DNA from: Bdellovibrio sp.
GTDB taxonomy: Bacteria; Bdellovibrionota; Bdellovibrionia; Bdellovibrionales; Bdellovibrionaceae
Reading direction: 5' to 3'
Length of the DNA: 64,000 nt
NCBI GenBank assembly: GCA_036676395.1
Contig: JAKFCY010000003.1
Span: forward strand, 448,001-512,000
The notes under the pieces are model-generated. The model was not told the origin of the DNA. It saw nothing but the letters and a program-made list of their open reading frames with translations, and ran no database searches. A program made the translations under genes and the position numbers. Position 1 is the first letter of the stretch. Each line of letters opens with the position of its first letter. Shown piece by piece: positions 40,758 through 50,252 of the stretch.

Positions 40758-43214
40758 TTACCCTTGGTGACTGGCTACTAATACTGCGCGCGGCTTACTG
40801 CCATTAGCAGGGCCAACCACACCTTCACGCTCGAACACTTCGATCATGCGGGCTGCGCGTGGGTAACCTAATTTAAAACGACGTTGAATCAACGAAGCAG
40901 AAATTGCTTTTTGCGTCGCTGCCCATGATAAAATTTCGTCATACTTTTCATCGTATTCTTCATCCATGTCGCCGCCGGCGAATTCAGTGCCTTCGCCATT
41001 CATTCCCGCAAAGCTTGATTGGCTTGGTCCGCCTTCAAGGGCACGCATCGCCAATTGGTCAAATTCAGGTTCACCCTGATCAGCCCAGAATTTGGCAACA
41101 GCATTGATTTCATTTTCTTTTAAGAACGGCCCATGATGACGAGTCGATTTATCAGCGCCTGCTGAATATAACATATCCCCTTGTGATAACAGACGTTCTG
41201 CTCCGCCTTCATCTAAGATAATTCGTGAATCCATCTTTGAAGCCACACGAAAGCTGATACGGGCTGGAATATTTGTTTTAATTAAACCTGTGACAACGTC
41301 TTTACGCGGCGACTGCATCGCCAGCATTAAATGCATACCGCAGGCCCGTGCCATCTGCGCTAGGCGCACGACACTTTGTTCAACGTTTTGTTTATCAACG
41401 GCCATTAAATCACCGAATTCTTCAACAGCAATCACGATGTAAGGTTGTGGCGTGTAATAGTACTGTTCAAGTTTAAGTAAGCCCCCTTGAGCTTCGTATT
41501 CAGCGTTTACCTTTTCGTGTTCAGCGATCTGATCTGCAGTTAAAGATTCCATCTTCGCATTGAACTCTTCAAGATTGCGCGTTTTAAATTTTGACATGGA
41601 TTTATAACGCTTATCCATTTCTTTAACACCCCAACGAAGTGCAAAAACGGCTTTTTTGGCTTCACGAATCGGCGGCATGATTAGATGCGGGATATCAGCA
41701 AACGCAGCTAGATCAACTTGTTTAGGATCAACAAGGATTAAGCGTAAAGTTTTAGGAGAATGTCTGAATAAAAATCCGATTAATGTTGATACCGTAAATA
41801 CTGACTTACCAGAACCGGTAGTCCCTGCGATCAATAAGTGAGGCATCTTACGTAAATCTACAATGCGGGGATCACCGTTAGTTTGTTTTCCTAAAGCGAT
41901 TGGAAGTTTAATATCTTCAGACCAGAATTTTTCATCACCCAATAGATCTTTTAAGTACACTGTTTCACGTTGCGCATTCGAAGTTTCAATACCAACAACA
42001 TCGCGCCCCGGAATAGGTGCAATAATACGTAATGATTCGGCTGATAGTGCTAACGATAAATCATCTGCTAATTTCGATACATCACTTACGCGCACATCAA
42101 CGTTAGGTTTAAACTCAAACATGGTAACAACCGGGCCGGGCTTAGCCGCTACGATTTGCCCGCCGACACCGAAGGTTTTTAGTTTTTCTAAGGTGATATC
42201 TGCTTTTCTGCGAATTTCTTTTTCGTCGATTTTAATTCTTGATACAGGAGGATCATCAAGCAGAGATAATTTTGGCATACTCCAGTTTTCTACACGACGA
42301 GGAATTTTTACCGGAGCAATCACTTTGCGGCGAGCCGGAGGCTCGTAGGCAGAGACCTGAACCTGTGACTCTGAGTCATCTTCATCTGCACCATCAAAGA
42401 TAGCGCTTTCATCATCTTCGTCAGCATCGGCTGCGTTCATGCCATTGACGGATTCAGCATCGATTTCTTCGTCTTCATCTTCTTCGATAAATTTTTCTTT
42501 TACTTTTGGTTGCGTAATTAAGTTCTCGGCAACCGAAGACGCAGGTTGCGCGGCTTTGGTTTCTTTTTTCTCTTTAGCAGCAGTCTCTTTAGCTTTTTCT
42601 TTTGTTAAAGCTTTAAGTGTTGGCCACTGCCAGTTCGCCATGAAAGAAGTCTTATCAAGCTTGTTCCACCATTTGAATATTTTTTCCAATGGACGTTCTG
42701 CGGCTTCTTGAATGCTGAATTCAAAATAAAATACGAATAATACTAATGACATTGTCCATAAGATGACTTGGGCGCCGACAGAATTTAATAATTTTACAAA
42801 ACCCATTGAAATGCCAAGGCCAACTAATCCACCCGGATAAATCTGACCGTTAAATATTTTCGTATTCGGAAAATAAATTGTAACTAAAGCTGCAGTGAAG
42901 GCGATAAGCGCTACAGCTAATAAATGACGTGCGTCTTTGAATTGAATTTTTTCTCCGCGAAAACTTTCAATGGCTGCATGAAAAAAACCTGCAACTCCCA
43001 CCCAGACGGTAACTCCGAAGGCTTGATACAGAAGGTCAGCCAGAAAGCTGCCTAGGATTCCGCAGTAATTAAGGGTGTTAAGGCCCTGTCCTGTAGAATT
43101 AAATGAAGGATCTTTTGAGTTATAGCTCATTAAGGCTAAAGCTAAAAATAACCCTAAACCTAAAAAACCAATGGCGCGCACATCTTGTTGAAATCTTTTG
43201 AAGAATGAATTCAT
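40758..43214 (-). CDS. ftsK: DNA translocase FtsK
   Basis: 4-TM N-domain, acidic linker, PHLLIAGTTGSGKS, RLAQMARACG, gamma domain QRRFKLGYPRAAR; start set at MNSFF. Confidence 0.97.
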   Translation of the reverse strand: MNSFFKRFQQDVRAIGFLGLGLFLALALMSYNSKDPSFNSTGQGLNTLNYCGILGSFLADLLYQAFGVTVWVGVAGFFHAAIESFRGEKIQFKDARHLLAVALIAFTAALVTIYFPNTKIFNGQIYPGGLVGLGISMGFVKLLNSVGAQVILWTMSLVLFVFYFEFSIQEAAERPLEKIFKWWNKLDKTSFMANWQWPTLKALTKEKAKETAAKEKKETKAAQPASSVAENLITQPKVKEKFIEEDEDEEIDAESVNGMNAADADEDDESAIFDGADEDDSESQVQVSAYEPPARRKVIAPVKIPRRVENWSMPKLSLLDDPPVSRIKIDEKEIRRKADITLEKLKTFGVGGQIVAAKPGPVVTMFEFKPNVDVRVSDVSKLADDLSLALSAESLRIIAPIPGRDVVGIETSNAQRETVYLKDLLGDEKFWSEDIKLPIALGKQTNGDPRIVDLRKMPHLLIAGTTGSGKSVFTVSTLIGFLFRHSPKTLRLILVDPKQVDLAAFADIPHLIMPPIREAKKAVFALRWGVKEMDKRYKSMSKFKTRNLEEFNAKMESLTADQIAEHEKVNAEYEAQGGLLKLEQYYYTPQPYIVIAVEEFGDLMAVDKQNVEQSVVRLAQMARACGMHLMLAMQSPRKDVVTGLIKTNIPARISFRVASKMDSRIILDEGGAERLLSQGDMLYSAGADKSTRHHGPFLKENEINAVAKFWADQGEPEFDQLAMRALEGGPSQSSFAGMNGEGTEFAGGDMDEEYDEKYDEILSWAATQKAISASLIQRRFKLGYPRAARMIEVFEREGVVGPANGSKPRAVLVASHQG

Positions 43215-43337
43215 AGTGCTTTCAGTGTAAATTCTATAAAGACTTGCCGCAAAGCCCCTGAAGTCTAGTCTTGTAGAATCGTTTATAGCTAGTGCTTGAG
43301 GGCTATCCAAAAGGCTGGTAGGTAGTATGTTCTTTTT

Positions 43338-43979
43338 ATGCAGTTAAAGATCAATGAAATATTTTATTCGATTCAAGGGGAAACCAGCTATGCGGGGCTT
43401 CCTACGGTATTCATCCGAACTACGGGTTGTAACCTGCGTTGTACGTATTGCGACACGAAATACTCGTATTATGAGGGCGAATATATGTCGTTTGAAAAAA
43501 TTTTAGAGATCGTCAAGGGTTACGGCGCCGAATATATATGTCTAACTGGCGGAGAACCGCTGCTACAGAAAGATATCCACAAACTAATCCACATTTTGTG
43601 TGATGCGGGATACAAAGTTTCATTAGAAACCAGTGGCTCAAAATCAATTAAAGACGTCGACCCGCGTGTTAAGGTTATTTTAGATGTAAAGACTCCACAG
43701 TCAGGTGCAGCAAATAGTTTCTTATTGGAAAACGTTAATTTCTCGAATGAAACAACTGAATATAAATTTGTAATTTCTGGAAAAGAAGATCTCGACTGGT
43801 CAGAAAATTTTTGCCGTCAACATGATTTATCAAAAAAATTTACAGTGCTTTTTAGCCCTTCCCACGGCCAAGTTAGCGAACAGTGGTTGGCTGAACAAAT
43901 TTTGCAAAAAAAGTTAAAAGTAAGGTTGCATTTGCAGCAACATAAGTATATTTGGTTACCCACAACTCGCGGTGTTTAG
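43338..43979 (+). CDS. queE: 7-carboxy-7-deazaguanine synthase (radical SAM)
   Basis: EIFYSIQGE, CNLRCTYCDT, TGGEP, Q.HK. Confidence 0.92.
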   Translation: MQLKINEIFYSIQGETSYAGLPTVFIRTTGCNLRCTYCDTKYSYYEGEYMSFEKILEIVKGYGAEYICLTGGEPLLQKDIHKLIHILCDAGYKVSLETSGSKSIKDVDPRVKVILDVKTPQSGAANSFLLENVNFSNETTEYKFVISGKEDLDWSENFCRQHDLSKKFTVLFSPSHGQVSEQWLAEQILQKKLKVRLHLQQHKYIWLPTTRGV

Positions 43980-44084
43980 AAAAACACCATTAATTTAAAA
44001 CCTACGGTACTGTTACCTATATGTAAGGTGCATATAGCTGAAAGTGCTGTTACCAAACCGAACCACTATGTAAGAGGGAGTTCC

Positions 44085-44447
44085 ATGACGCCAAATCTGA
44101 ACAATTCAGAAAACCTTTTTGTCGCAAACCTACAGCAAGTTTCTTTAGAAAAACTTGTGAAAAGCAAATTGGAAGTATTATTCCAACAACAAAAAGAAGC
44201 TCAAGTTGAGTTAAACGGTTTATACAATATCGTTTTAGAACAAGTTGAACGTCCTCTAATCGAATTAGCTCTTAAAGCTTACAACGGTAACCAAGTTAAG
44301 ACTGCGTTAATGTTAGGTATCAACCGTAACACTCTTAAAAAGAAAATCGACAACTACAAATTGAAACCTAAAAAAGGTGCTGCGGCACAAATCACTGGTA
44401 TGGTAGTTCCACAAACTATCGAAACTTCTCCAGTTCTTACTCAGTAA
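44085..44447 (+). CDS. fis: Fis family DNA-binding protein
   Basis: LY..VL.QVE.PLI..AL....[17 protein letters not shown]; start at MTPN after GAGGGAG. Confidence 0.9.
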   Translation: MTPNLNNSENLFVANLQQVSLEKLVKSKLEVLFQQQKEAQVELNGLYNIVLEQVERPLIELALKAYNGNQVKTALMLGINRNTLKKKIDNYKLKPKKGAAAQITGMVVPQTIETSPVLTQ

Positions 44448-44589
44448 TTATTCTGTAAATTAGTTTAGTAAATAATTACTGAACTAATTTAAATTCAAAT
44501 TTAAATTTGATACGAAACATTAGACATCGACAGACCATAAGTCCTCGGTGTCTAATAGTTTTAGGCTCTTTAAGAGGGGATAATTAAAG

Positions 44590-46044
44590 ATGCAAATGGA
44601 TCGCAATACACGAAAATCAGATCAACCGATAAATAAAATTCCACCTCAACATCTTGAGGCTGAGTTTTCTGTATTAGGTGGCTTGATGTTAGATAGCGAA
44701 GCTTTCGACGAAGTTGCTGATGTCATTTCATACTCTGATTTCTATAATCCCGCTCATCAAACGATTTACCAGACAATTTTAGATCTTCATCAAAAGGCAC
44801 AACCGATCGATCTTGTGACTGTAACTAATGCGTTAGTTGCAAAAAACTTGTTAGAACAAATCGGCGGCGCAGCTTACTTACTTAGTCTTTTAGAAAAAGT
44901 AATGTCAGCGGCAAACATTGAGGCCCATGCTAAAATTATTAAAGAAAAAGCGTTATTACGTAAATTAATTCATACTTCGACAAACTTTATCGAAAAATCT
45001 TTTGGTAATGATTTTGATTCAGTTGAATCGTTAATCGATTATGCTGAATCTGAAATTTTAAAAGTCGGTGAACAAAATGCTTCGGGTGGCTTAACTAGCC
45101 CGAACGAAATCGTTACAGCTTCGATCAAAAAAATCGAAGAGCTTTATCAACGTAAAGCTGAAGTCACAGGTATTCCGACTGGCTTCACTGAAATGGATAA
45201 AATGACTGCCGGCTTTCATCCTGGCGAGTTAATTATTATTGCCGCTCGTCCGTCGATGGGTAAAACAGCGTTCTCTCTGAATGTGGCCAGCCACATGGCT
45301 TTACGCGCTGGTAAGTCTGTAGCTTACTTCTCTGTCGAGATGGGTAAAGAATCATTAATGATGCGTCTTCTTGCCGGTGAGTCTCGTATTTCTATGAGTG
45401 AACTGCGTAATGGTCGTATTCAAGATGCGTCTTGGCCGAAACTTATCCAGGCTGCAGGTACATTAAGTGAATCTAAAATGTTTATCGATGATACTTCGGG
45501 GATCTCACCATTCGAGATTCGTGCAAGATGTCGTCGTTTAAAAGCGCAACACGGTTTAGACTGTATCATGATCGATTACATGCAGATCATGCAGTTAAAA
45601 GAGAAAAAAGTAGATAACCGCGAGCGTGAGATCTCTGAAATTTCTCGTAATTTAAAATCAATCGCGAAAGAGCTTCAGGTTCCGGTTATTGCGTTAGCTC
45701 AGTTAAATCGTGGGGTTGAGGGTCGTGCAGATCGTCGTCCAATGTTATCAGATCTTCGTGAGTCTGGATCGATCGAGCAAGATGCCGATGTGATCATGAT
45801 GTTATATCGTGATGACTACTATGAAAAAGATGATCCAGAAAAAGCAGGTCATGCAGAAGTTATTATTGGTAAACAGCGTAATGGTGCTACGGGCACTGTG
45901 AAGCTTCGCTTTGATGCGAAAACCAATAGATTCCGTGATGCAGATCCAGAATCGATTTCACCACTTCCGCCACCGCAGGCTCCGCCTCCGATGCCAGGAC
46001 AGTTCGGTAAACCAAAAAACTTTGCACCAGGTGCGGGTAGATAA
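44590..46044 (+). CDS. dnaB: Replicative DNA helicase
   Basis: AARPSMGKT, IDYMQ, QLNR, DLRESGSIEQDAD, KQRNG. Confidence 0.98.
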   Translation: MQMDRNTRKSDQPINKIPPQHLEAEFSVLGGLMLDSEAFDEVADVISYSDFYNPAHQTIYQTILDLHQKAQPIDLVTVTNALVAKNLLEQIGGAAYLLSLLEKVMSAANIEAHAKIIKEKALLRKLIHTSTNFIEKSFGNDFDSVESLIDYAESEILKVGEQNASGGLTSPNEIVTASIKKIEELYQRKAEVTGIPTGFTEMDKMTAGFHPGELIIIAARPSMGKTAFSLNVASHMALRAGKSVAYFSVEMGKESLMMRLLAGESRISMSELRNGRIQDASWPKLIQAAGTLSESKMFIDDTSGISPFEIRARCRRLKAQHGLDCIMIDYMQIMQLKEKKVDNREREISEISRNLKSIAKELQVPVIALAQLNRGVEGRADRRPMLSDLRESGSIEQDADVIMMLYRDDYYEKDDPEKAGHAEVIIGKQRNGATGTVKLRFDAKTNRFRDADPESISPLPPPQAPPPMPGQFGKPKNFAPGAGR

Positions 46045-46052
46045 TCTAAATT

Positions 46053-46571
46053 TTAGTTTGGTGAGTTAGCTGATTTTAATTGGCTAACTTGGTTTTCAGT
46101 TAATTCAGGTAAGAATTGCGCTGTTTCGCGTAAGTTCGTGCAGCGAATATTAATTCGACCTTGTTTGTCTTGCACAATTGATCCGTCGGATTTGTAAACT
46201 GGCGCGAATTTGAAAGCTTGGTAATATTCTTTGTCTTGGATTTCTTCTGACATAGCGAACCAGCTTTTTGCTTTTGGTAAATCACTTAAAAACACTAAAT
46301 GACCGTGAATGGTGATTTGACCATTTGCCGCTGTAGTTTTTCCGATAAATTTATGAGTGAATGTTGCTCCACTGATATATGAAAAACTAATTCCTGGAGA
46401 GTTATCGTCTAAAACTACTCCGCCGACTTTAAGATTTGTTTTTGCTGTAGAACATTCAAGGGCTCCGCGCGACATCGCTGCAACAACTACTGCTGTAGGC
46501 ACGGCCTCTTGCTGTTGCGCGAAAGCTGTATTTGTGACTGCCAAAACCAATGTTAAAATTAAGTGTCTCAT
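46053..46571 (-). CDS. Secreted hypothetical protein
   Basis: Signal peptide ending AFA; AGGAG RBS. Confidence 0.75.
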   Translation of the reverse strand: MRHLILTLVLAVTNTAFAQQQEAVPTAVVVAAMSRGALECSTAKTNLKVGGVVLDDNSPGISFSYISGATFTHKFIGKTTAANGQITIHGHLVFLSDLPKAKSWFAMSEEIQDKEYYQAFKFAPVYKSDGSIVQDKQGRINIRCTNLRETAQFLPELTENQVSQLKSANSPN

Positions 46572-46612
46572 TTTAAGACTCCTTTGTTCTCTAATTTATT
46601 AACTTATTGAAT

Positions 46613-46630
46613 TTGCAAGGTTTGCGCCTG
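46613..46630 (-). promoter_or_regulatory. Putative sigma54 promoter
   Basis: CAGGCGCAAACCTTGCAA, GG-N10-GC. Confidence 0.5.
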
Positions 46631-46704
46631 TATAGGCGAAGTAATGCGTTATAGCGCCGTGAAAGTTGTTTCAAAAATAGAAGGCGACAGTTTTTGTAAG
46701 CTAC

Positions 46705-47400
46705 TTACACTAGATGCAGAATTTTTTTGAAGTCTTGTGGTAATGGAGCTTCTACATTGGTTTGAACTTTAGTTACCGGGTGTGGAAAATTCAGTTGAAA
46801 AGCATGCAACATCAAACGCGGCACTTCGCTGCTTTTACCACCGTAGATATTATCACCTAAAATTGAGCGATAACTTTCTTGCAGGTGCTGGCGAATCTGA
46901 TGGGTGCGGCCCGTTTTTGGTGTGCACTGAATATAATGAAATAATGGCGTAGTATTTAAAATTTTAAAATGTGTTTCAGCGGGCCAACCGCCACTTTTGA
47001 CTGAAATCATTCTGGTTTTTTTACCTAAGCCCTTGGCTGGTGCCATAAAATTTTTAATGACCCATTCACTTTGATCGGCTTGTAATTGTTCACACTGCAC
47101 TTTTTTTCCGGCTGTTAAAGGATTAGGACGAGTTAAGCAGTGATAAATTTTTTCAAAACTATGACCTTTAAACATTTCTGTTAAAGGATGGTTAGCGACT
47201 TTGGCTTTGCTAAGTAAAAATACGCCTGAAGTCTCGTAATCAAGGCGGTGATGCATGAACAGTTTGCCCTTAAGATCAGGGCGAATATCAACTAATGATT
47301 CTAAGACAGGTTTTCTGTCTTTATTAAACGAGGGCTGCGATAACATCATCGCAGGCTTGTTTACACATATGATAAATTCGTCTTCAAATAAAATTTGCAT
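46705..47400 (-). CDS. RluA family pseudouridine synthase
   Basis: NKPA, HRLD.ETSG, TGRTHQIR, GD..YG, LMLHA. Confidence 0.95.
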   Translation of the reverse strand: MQILFEDEFIICVNKPAMMLSQPSFNKDRKPVLESLVDIRPDLKGKLFMHHRLDYETSGVFLLSKAKVANHPLTEMFKGHSFEKIYHCLTRPNPLTAGKKVQCEQLQADQSEWVIKNFMAPAKGLGKKTRMISVKSGGWPAETHFKILNTTPLFHYIQCTPKTGRTHQIRQHLQESYRSILGDNIYGGKSSEVPRLMLHAFQLNFPHPVTKVQTNVEAPLPQDFKKILHLV

Positions 47401-47401
47401 G

Positions 47402-48994
47402 TTAGAAAAGATATTCGATACCTAATAGGTATGTCGATACTTTTTCATCTAAAGAGCGGGAAGCCGGGGTCTTAGTGCCTGACCCCGAAAAGTTTGCTTG
47501 CACGTTGCTAAAGCTGATCACACCTTTAAAGTTGATATTTGTCGTGTATTGAACTGTTCCTAAGACGTCGAACTGATTAAATGAGGGCGATGCGCTGCCT
47601 GAATTAACAGGCTTTTCACTGAAGTTTTCAAAAAACAAAAATTTTGCCCGGGCGCCAATAGCTACGTCATTTTTAAGAGTGACCGGAAACATTCCGCCGA
47701 CAGTTAAATCAACGCCTGTTAAATCAAAAGATGTAAATGCGGTAGGAGTTGTGTCTGTCACGCGTACACTGTGAGTGTAATAACCAAGACTTGCCGAAAT
47801 TTGGGGGCCCCAGAAATTGCCATCAATTAAATATTTATAACCAAATGAGAGATCCATTTTATTTAATGTGTAATTTAATGAAGTCGGTAATGAACCAGCT
47901 AAGTCATTGCCTGTTTTAAAACTAGATTGCTGTAATTCTAATTCTGCAAAGTATTCAGGTGTAATCCAAAGTTCTGTCGCTAAATCAAAAGTTAAGGCTA
48001 AAGATTTTCCGGCCTCTAAGCTTGTGCCATTCGCTAAAACGGTATTATCAGTAAAATCAGTAAAACCACCCATGAAAGAAATTTTTCCGTACTGCGGAGT
48101 CGGTGCTGGCAACCACTCTACTGCATTTTTTTCGTTTGGCAAAACTGCAGCTAAAGGTGTAGTGCCTTTAGGCGGATATTTTACGCCTTCTAGTGGCAAT
48201 ACTTTACTGCCGCGGTCGATCACGCCATTTTCTTTTTCAAATGAGATTTCACCAAAGCTTGAATTGCTTTCAACCTGGGTCAAAGTTACACGGCCGATAA
48301 TCTCTTTTTCAACACTGGTCATAAAATTAAGTTTTGGATGACGATTCACTTTTAATATTTGCGCGATGGTTAAAACTGCACCATCAGTAAGACCGGCATT
48401 TTTTCCGATATTCACGGTCACTGCGTTGCCGCTGCGGCTAGTGATGTATCCGCTATAAGGAAGTCTAGCTTTAAGTGCGGCATACATTTTTGTAATAACT
48501 TCGTTTACTTTACTGATTTCAAAAAGTGTGGCGTTTTGATATTCTTCGCGAAGTAAAAGTTTTCCGCCGTCACGGGTGTAAAAGTTCATTTGAATATTTA
48601 AACCTTGCGGACCTTTAATTAAAAAACATGTTAAGACAGCATCTGCCTGTGATTTTTCTAAGACTTGTAACGTCAACTGCTGGTCTTCATCAAACTCATC
48701 CACACGAAGGTCTTTTTTCGGTGAATTAAAATCGGCTAATGCCCAAAAATAATCGTCCTTAATTAAAGCTTTTAAATGCTCTTCGACTGATTTTTTATAG
48801 ATATTATTTGAATTATCATAAACCGGAGCAACGGTAACAGCTTTGATCACTAAAGCTTGGTCAGACAAACTTGTGTATTTTGTTGGAAAAGGTGTTTTGT
48901 TTTTTAAACTGGTTGTTTGCGCCGATGCAGTTTGTGCAAAAGCAGTTAGACCAAAAACAAAAAAACATAAGGCTGTTAATCTAGTGATGTTCAT
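47402..48994 (-). CDS. Outer-membrane protein: periplasmic alpha/beta plus FlgT_C-like domain and a C-terminal beta-barrel
   Basis: Signal peptide; VTVNIG...GL..G..L motif; amphipathic strands ending LGIEYLF. Confidence 0.6.
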   Translation of the reverse strand: MNITRLTALCFFVFGLTAFAQTASAQTTSLKNKTPFPTKYTSLSDQALVIKAVTVAPVYDNSNNIYKKSVEEHLKALIKDDYFWALADFNSPKKDLRVDEFDEDQQLTLQVLEKSQADAVLTCFLIKGPQGLNIQMNFYTRDGGKLLLREEYQNATLFEISKVNEVITKMYAALKARLPYSGYITSRSGNAVTVNIGKNAGLTDGAVLTIAQILKVNRHPKLNFMTSVEKEIIGRVTLTQVESNSSFGEISFEKENGVIDRGSKVLPLEGVKYPPKGTTPLAAVLPNEKNAVEWLPAPTPQYGKISFMGGFTDFTDNTVLANGTSLEAGKSLALTFDLATELWITPEYFAELELQQSSFKTGNDLAGSLPTSLNYTLNKMDLSFGYKYLIDGNFWGPQISASLGYYTHSVRVTDTTPTAFTSFDLTGVDLTVGGMFPVTLKNDVAIGARAKFLFFENFSEKPVNSGSASPSFNQFDVLGTVQYTTNINFKGVISFSNVQANFSGSGTKTPASRSLDEKVSTYLLGIEYLF

Positions 48995-49124
48995 AGTTTT
49001 ATTGTCTTACGAAAGGGGTTAGCTCGCAAGCCTAAGGCTATGCTTTTGGCCAGCTTTTGCGAATTGTAGTTCGTCTTTGAAATATCATTCTATAAACTAT
49101 AAATAGGACATCGAGGTAATCAAC

Positions 49125-49511
49125 ATGGATGAATTCAAATTTGTTCTTAAATGCTTTTTAATTTCTTGTGTAATCGTGATTTTTTCACAGACACGAATTT
49201 CAGGAGAAACTTTAGAAAATAAAGCTTTTGTCTATTTACAGCACTCAGAAACCGCTCACTGGGTGCGTGCAGCTGCCGATGGCGGCATTAAAATGATTCG
49301 CCAAGGGGCAGAGATAACACAAAATTTTATCAGTGATAAATTTGGCAGTGGCATAAGCTCTAACCATAGTCAAAGAGCGGCTCCAGCTCCGGCAGTCGCA
49401 AACAATACCGGAATATTTCGTAAGCTAGAAAAAAAAGAGACTCAACAGCGGGGGGACACTGCTGAGTCTGAATTAGAATCTGAAAATAATGTAGAAGATC
49501 AGCAGTACTAG
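49125..49511 (+). CDS. Hypothetical membrane-anchored protein
   Basis: GAGGT RBS; N-terminal hydrophobic helix. Confidence 0.7.
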   Translation: MDEFKFVLKCFLISCVIVIFSQTRISGETLENKAFVYLQHSETAHWVRAAADGGIKMIRQGAEITQNFISDKFGSGISSNHSQRAAPAPAVANNTGIFRKLEKKETQQRGDTAESELESENNVEDQQY

Positions 49512-49735
49512 TTAGCTGATCTGCCTGGTTTTACTGAAGTTGTTCCAACAGAAGATTTTGCCAACATCTGGGCATAAAAGTTTGTGCTTCTATCATTACG
49601 AGCTACTTGTTTAGTAAAAATTTTTCCGCAAGGTAAGACGATCGGGCTGTCTGAAGCTGATCCTGGCGTTGATAAAGCCATTGATAATGAAGTGAATAAT
49701 AATCCTGCTGCTAGTGTGATAATTGCTTTTTTCAT
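49508..49735 (-). CDS. Small secreted protein in the hit locus
   Basis: Start set at MKKAII after GAGGT; signal peptide; one Cys; has its own sigma54 promoter. Confidence 0.7.
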   Translation of the reverse strand: MKKAIITLAAGLLFTSLSMALSTPGSASDSPIVLPCGKIFTKQVARNDRSTNFYAQMLAKSSVGTTSVKPGRSAN

Positions 49736-49776
49736 TAGTACCTCGCTTTTATAGAGTTCGTTATACATAGATACAT

Positions 49777-49793
49777 AGCGAACCGGGTGCCAA
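49777..49793 (-). promoter_or_regulatory. sigma54 (-24/-12) promoter
   Basis: TTGGCACCCGGTTCGCT, GG-N10-GC with a consensus TGGCAC element. Confidence 0.7.
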
Positions 49794-49813
49794 GAAGTAA
49801 GGTTTTAAGCAAT

Positions 49814-49841
49814 AAAAAATCCCCTGTGATTTCAGGGGATT
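49814..49841 (-). terminator. Rho-independent terminator after the Bd0108-like gene
   Basis: AATCCCCTG/CAGGGGATT stem plus a U-run on the minus strand. Confidence 0.75.
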
Positions 49842-49905
49842 AGCTAAGTGTCTCAGAGTGAGATCGTCTAATGTTTTGACAGGTGTTAAGCCTTAACTGA
49901 AATAA

Positions 49906-50241
49906 CTAGTTTCCCGTATCAACACCATTACTATTAGAGGGAGTACCAGTTCCACCAGCTCCTGTTTGTTGAATAACTCCAGGAGAAGCTCTGCGTGTAG
50001 AAGAAGATAAAAGCACGTTTCCTGCTTTTTGGCAGTTCGTACAAGTTTTAACTTGAGAAGCACCGGCACCTAGCACAGTAACGCCAGATTGGTTGGCTTC
50101 TTCAACTGCTTGGCCATCGCCGTTGGGTTCATCACCAACTGCAGCTGTGCGGCCTTTTGGAAACTCATCCGCTGAGGCTTGAATTGAATAAGTCATGCTT
50201 GCGAACAAAACGATTAATAATAAAGAAATAATTTTTTTCAT
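49906..50241 (-). CDS. hit locus protein, Bd0108-like (secreted, disordered, CxxC)
   Basis: Signal peptide, mature N-terminus ADE..R...G..PN, CTNC, G/S/T-rich tail; immediately downstream of the Bd0109-like gene. Confidence 0.75.
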   Translation of the reverse strand: MKKIISLLLIVLFASMTYSIQASADEFPKGRTAAVGDEPNGDGQAVEEANQSGVTVLGAGASQVKTCTNCQKAGNVLLSSSTRRASPGVIQQTGAGGTGTPSNSNGVDTGN

Positions 50242-50252
50242 CGCCATCGCTC

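Noticed and set aside
41656..42711. Antisense ORFs in ftsK (likewise those in gatA/gatB, murA, tal, tadA and tadB)
   Set aside because: Fully nested opposite well-supported genes, with no RBS or recognisable motifs.
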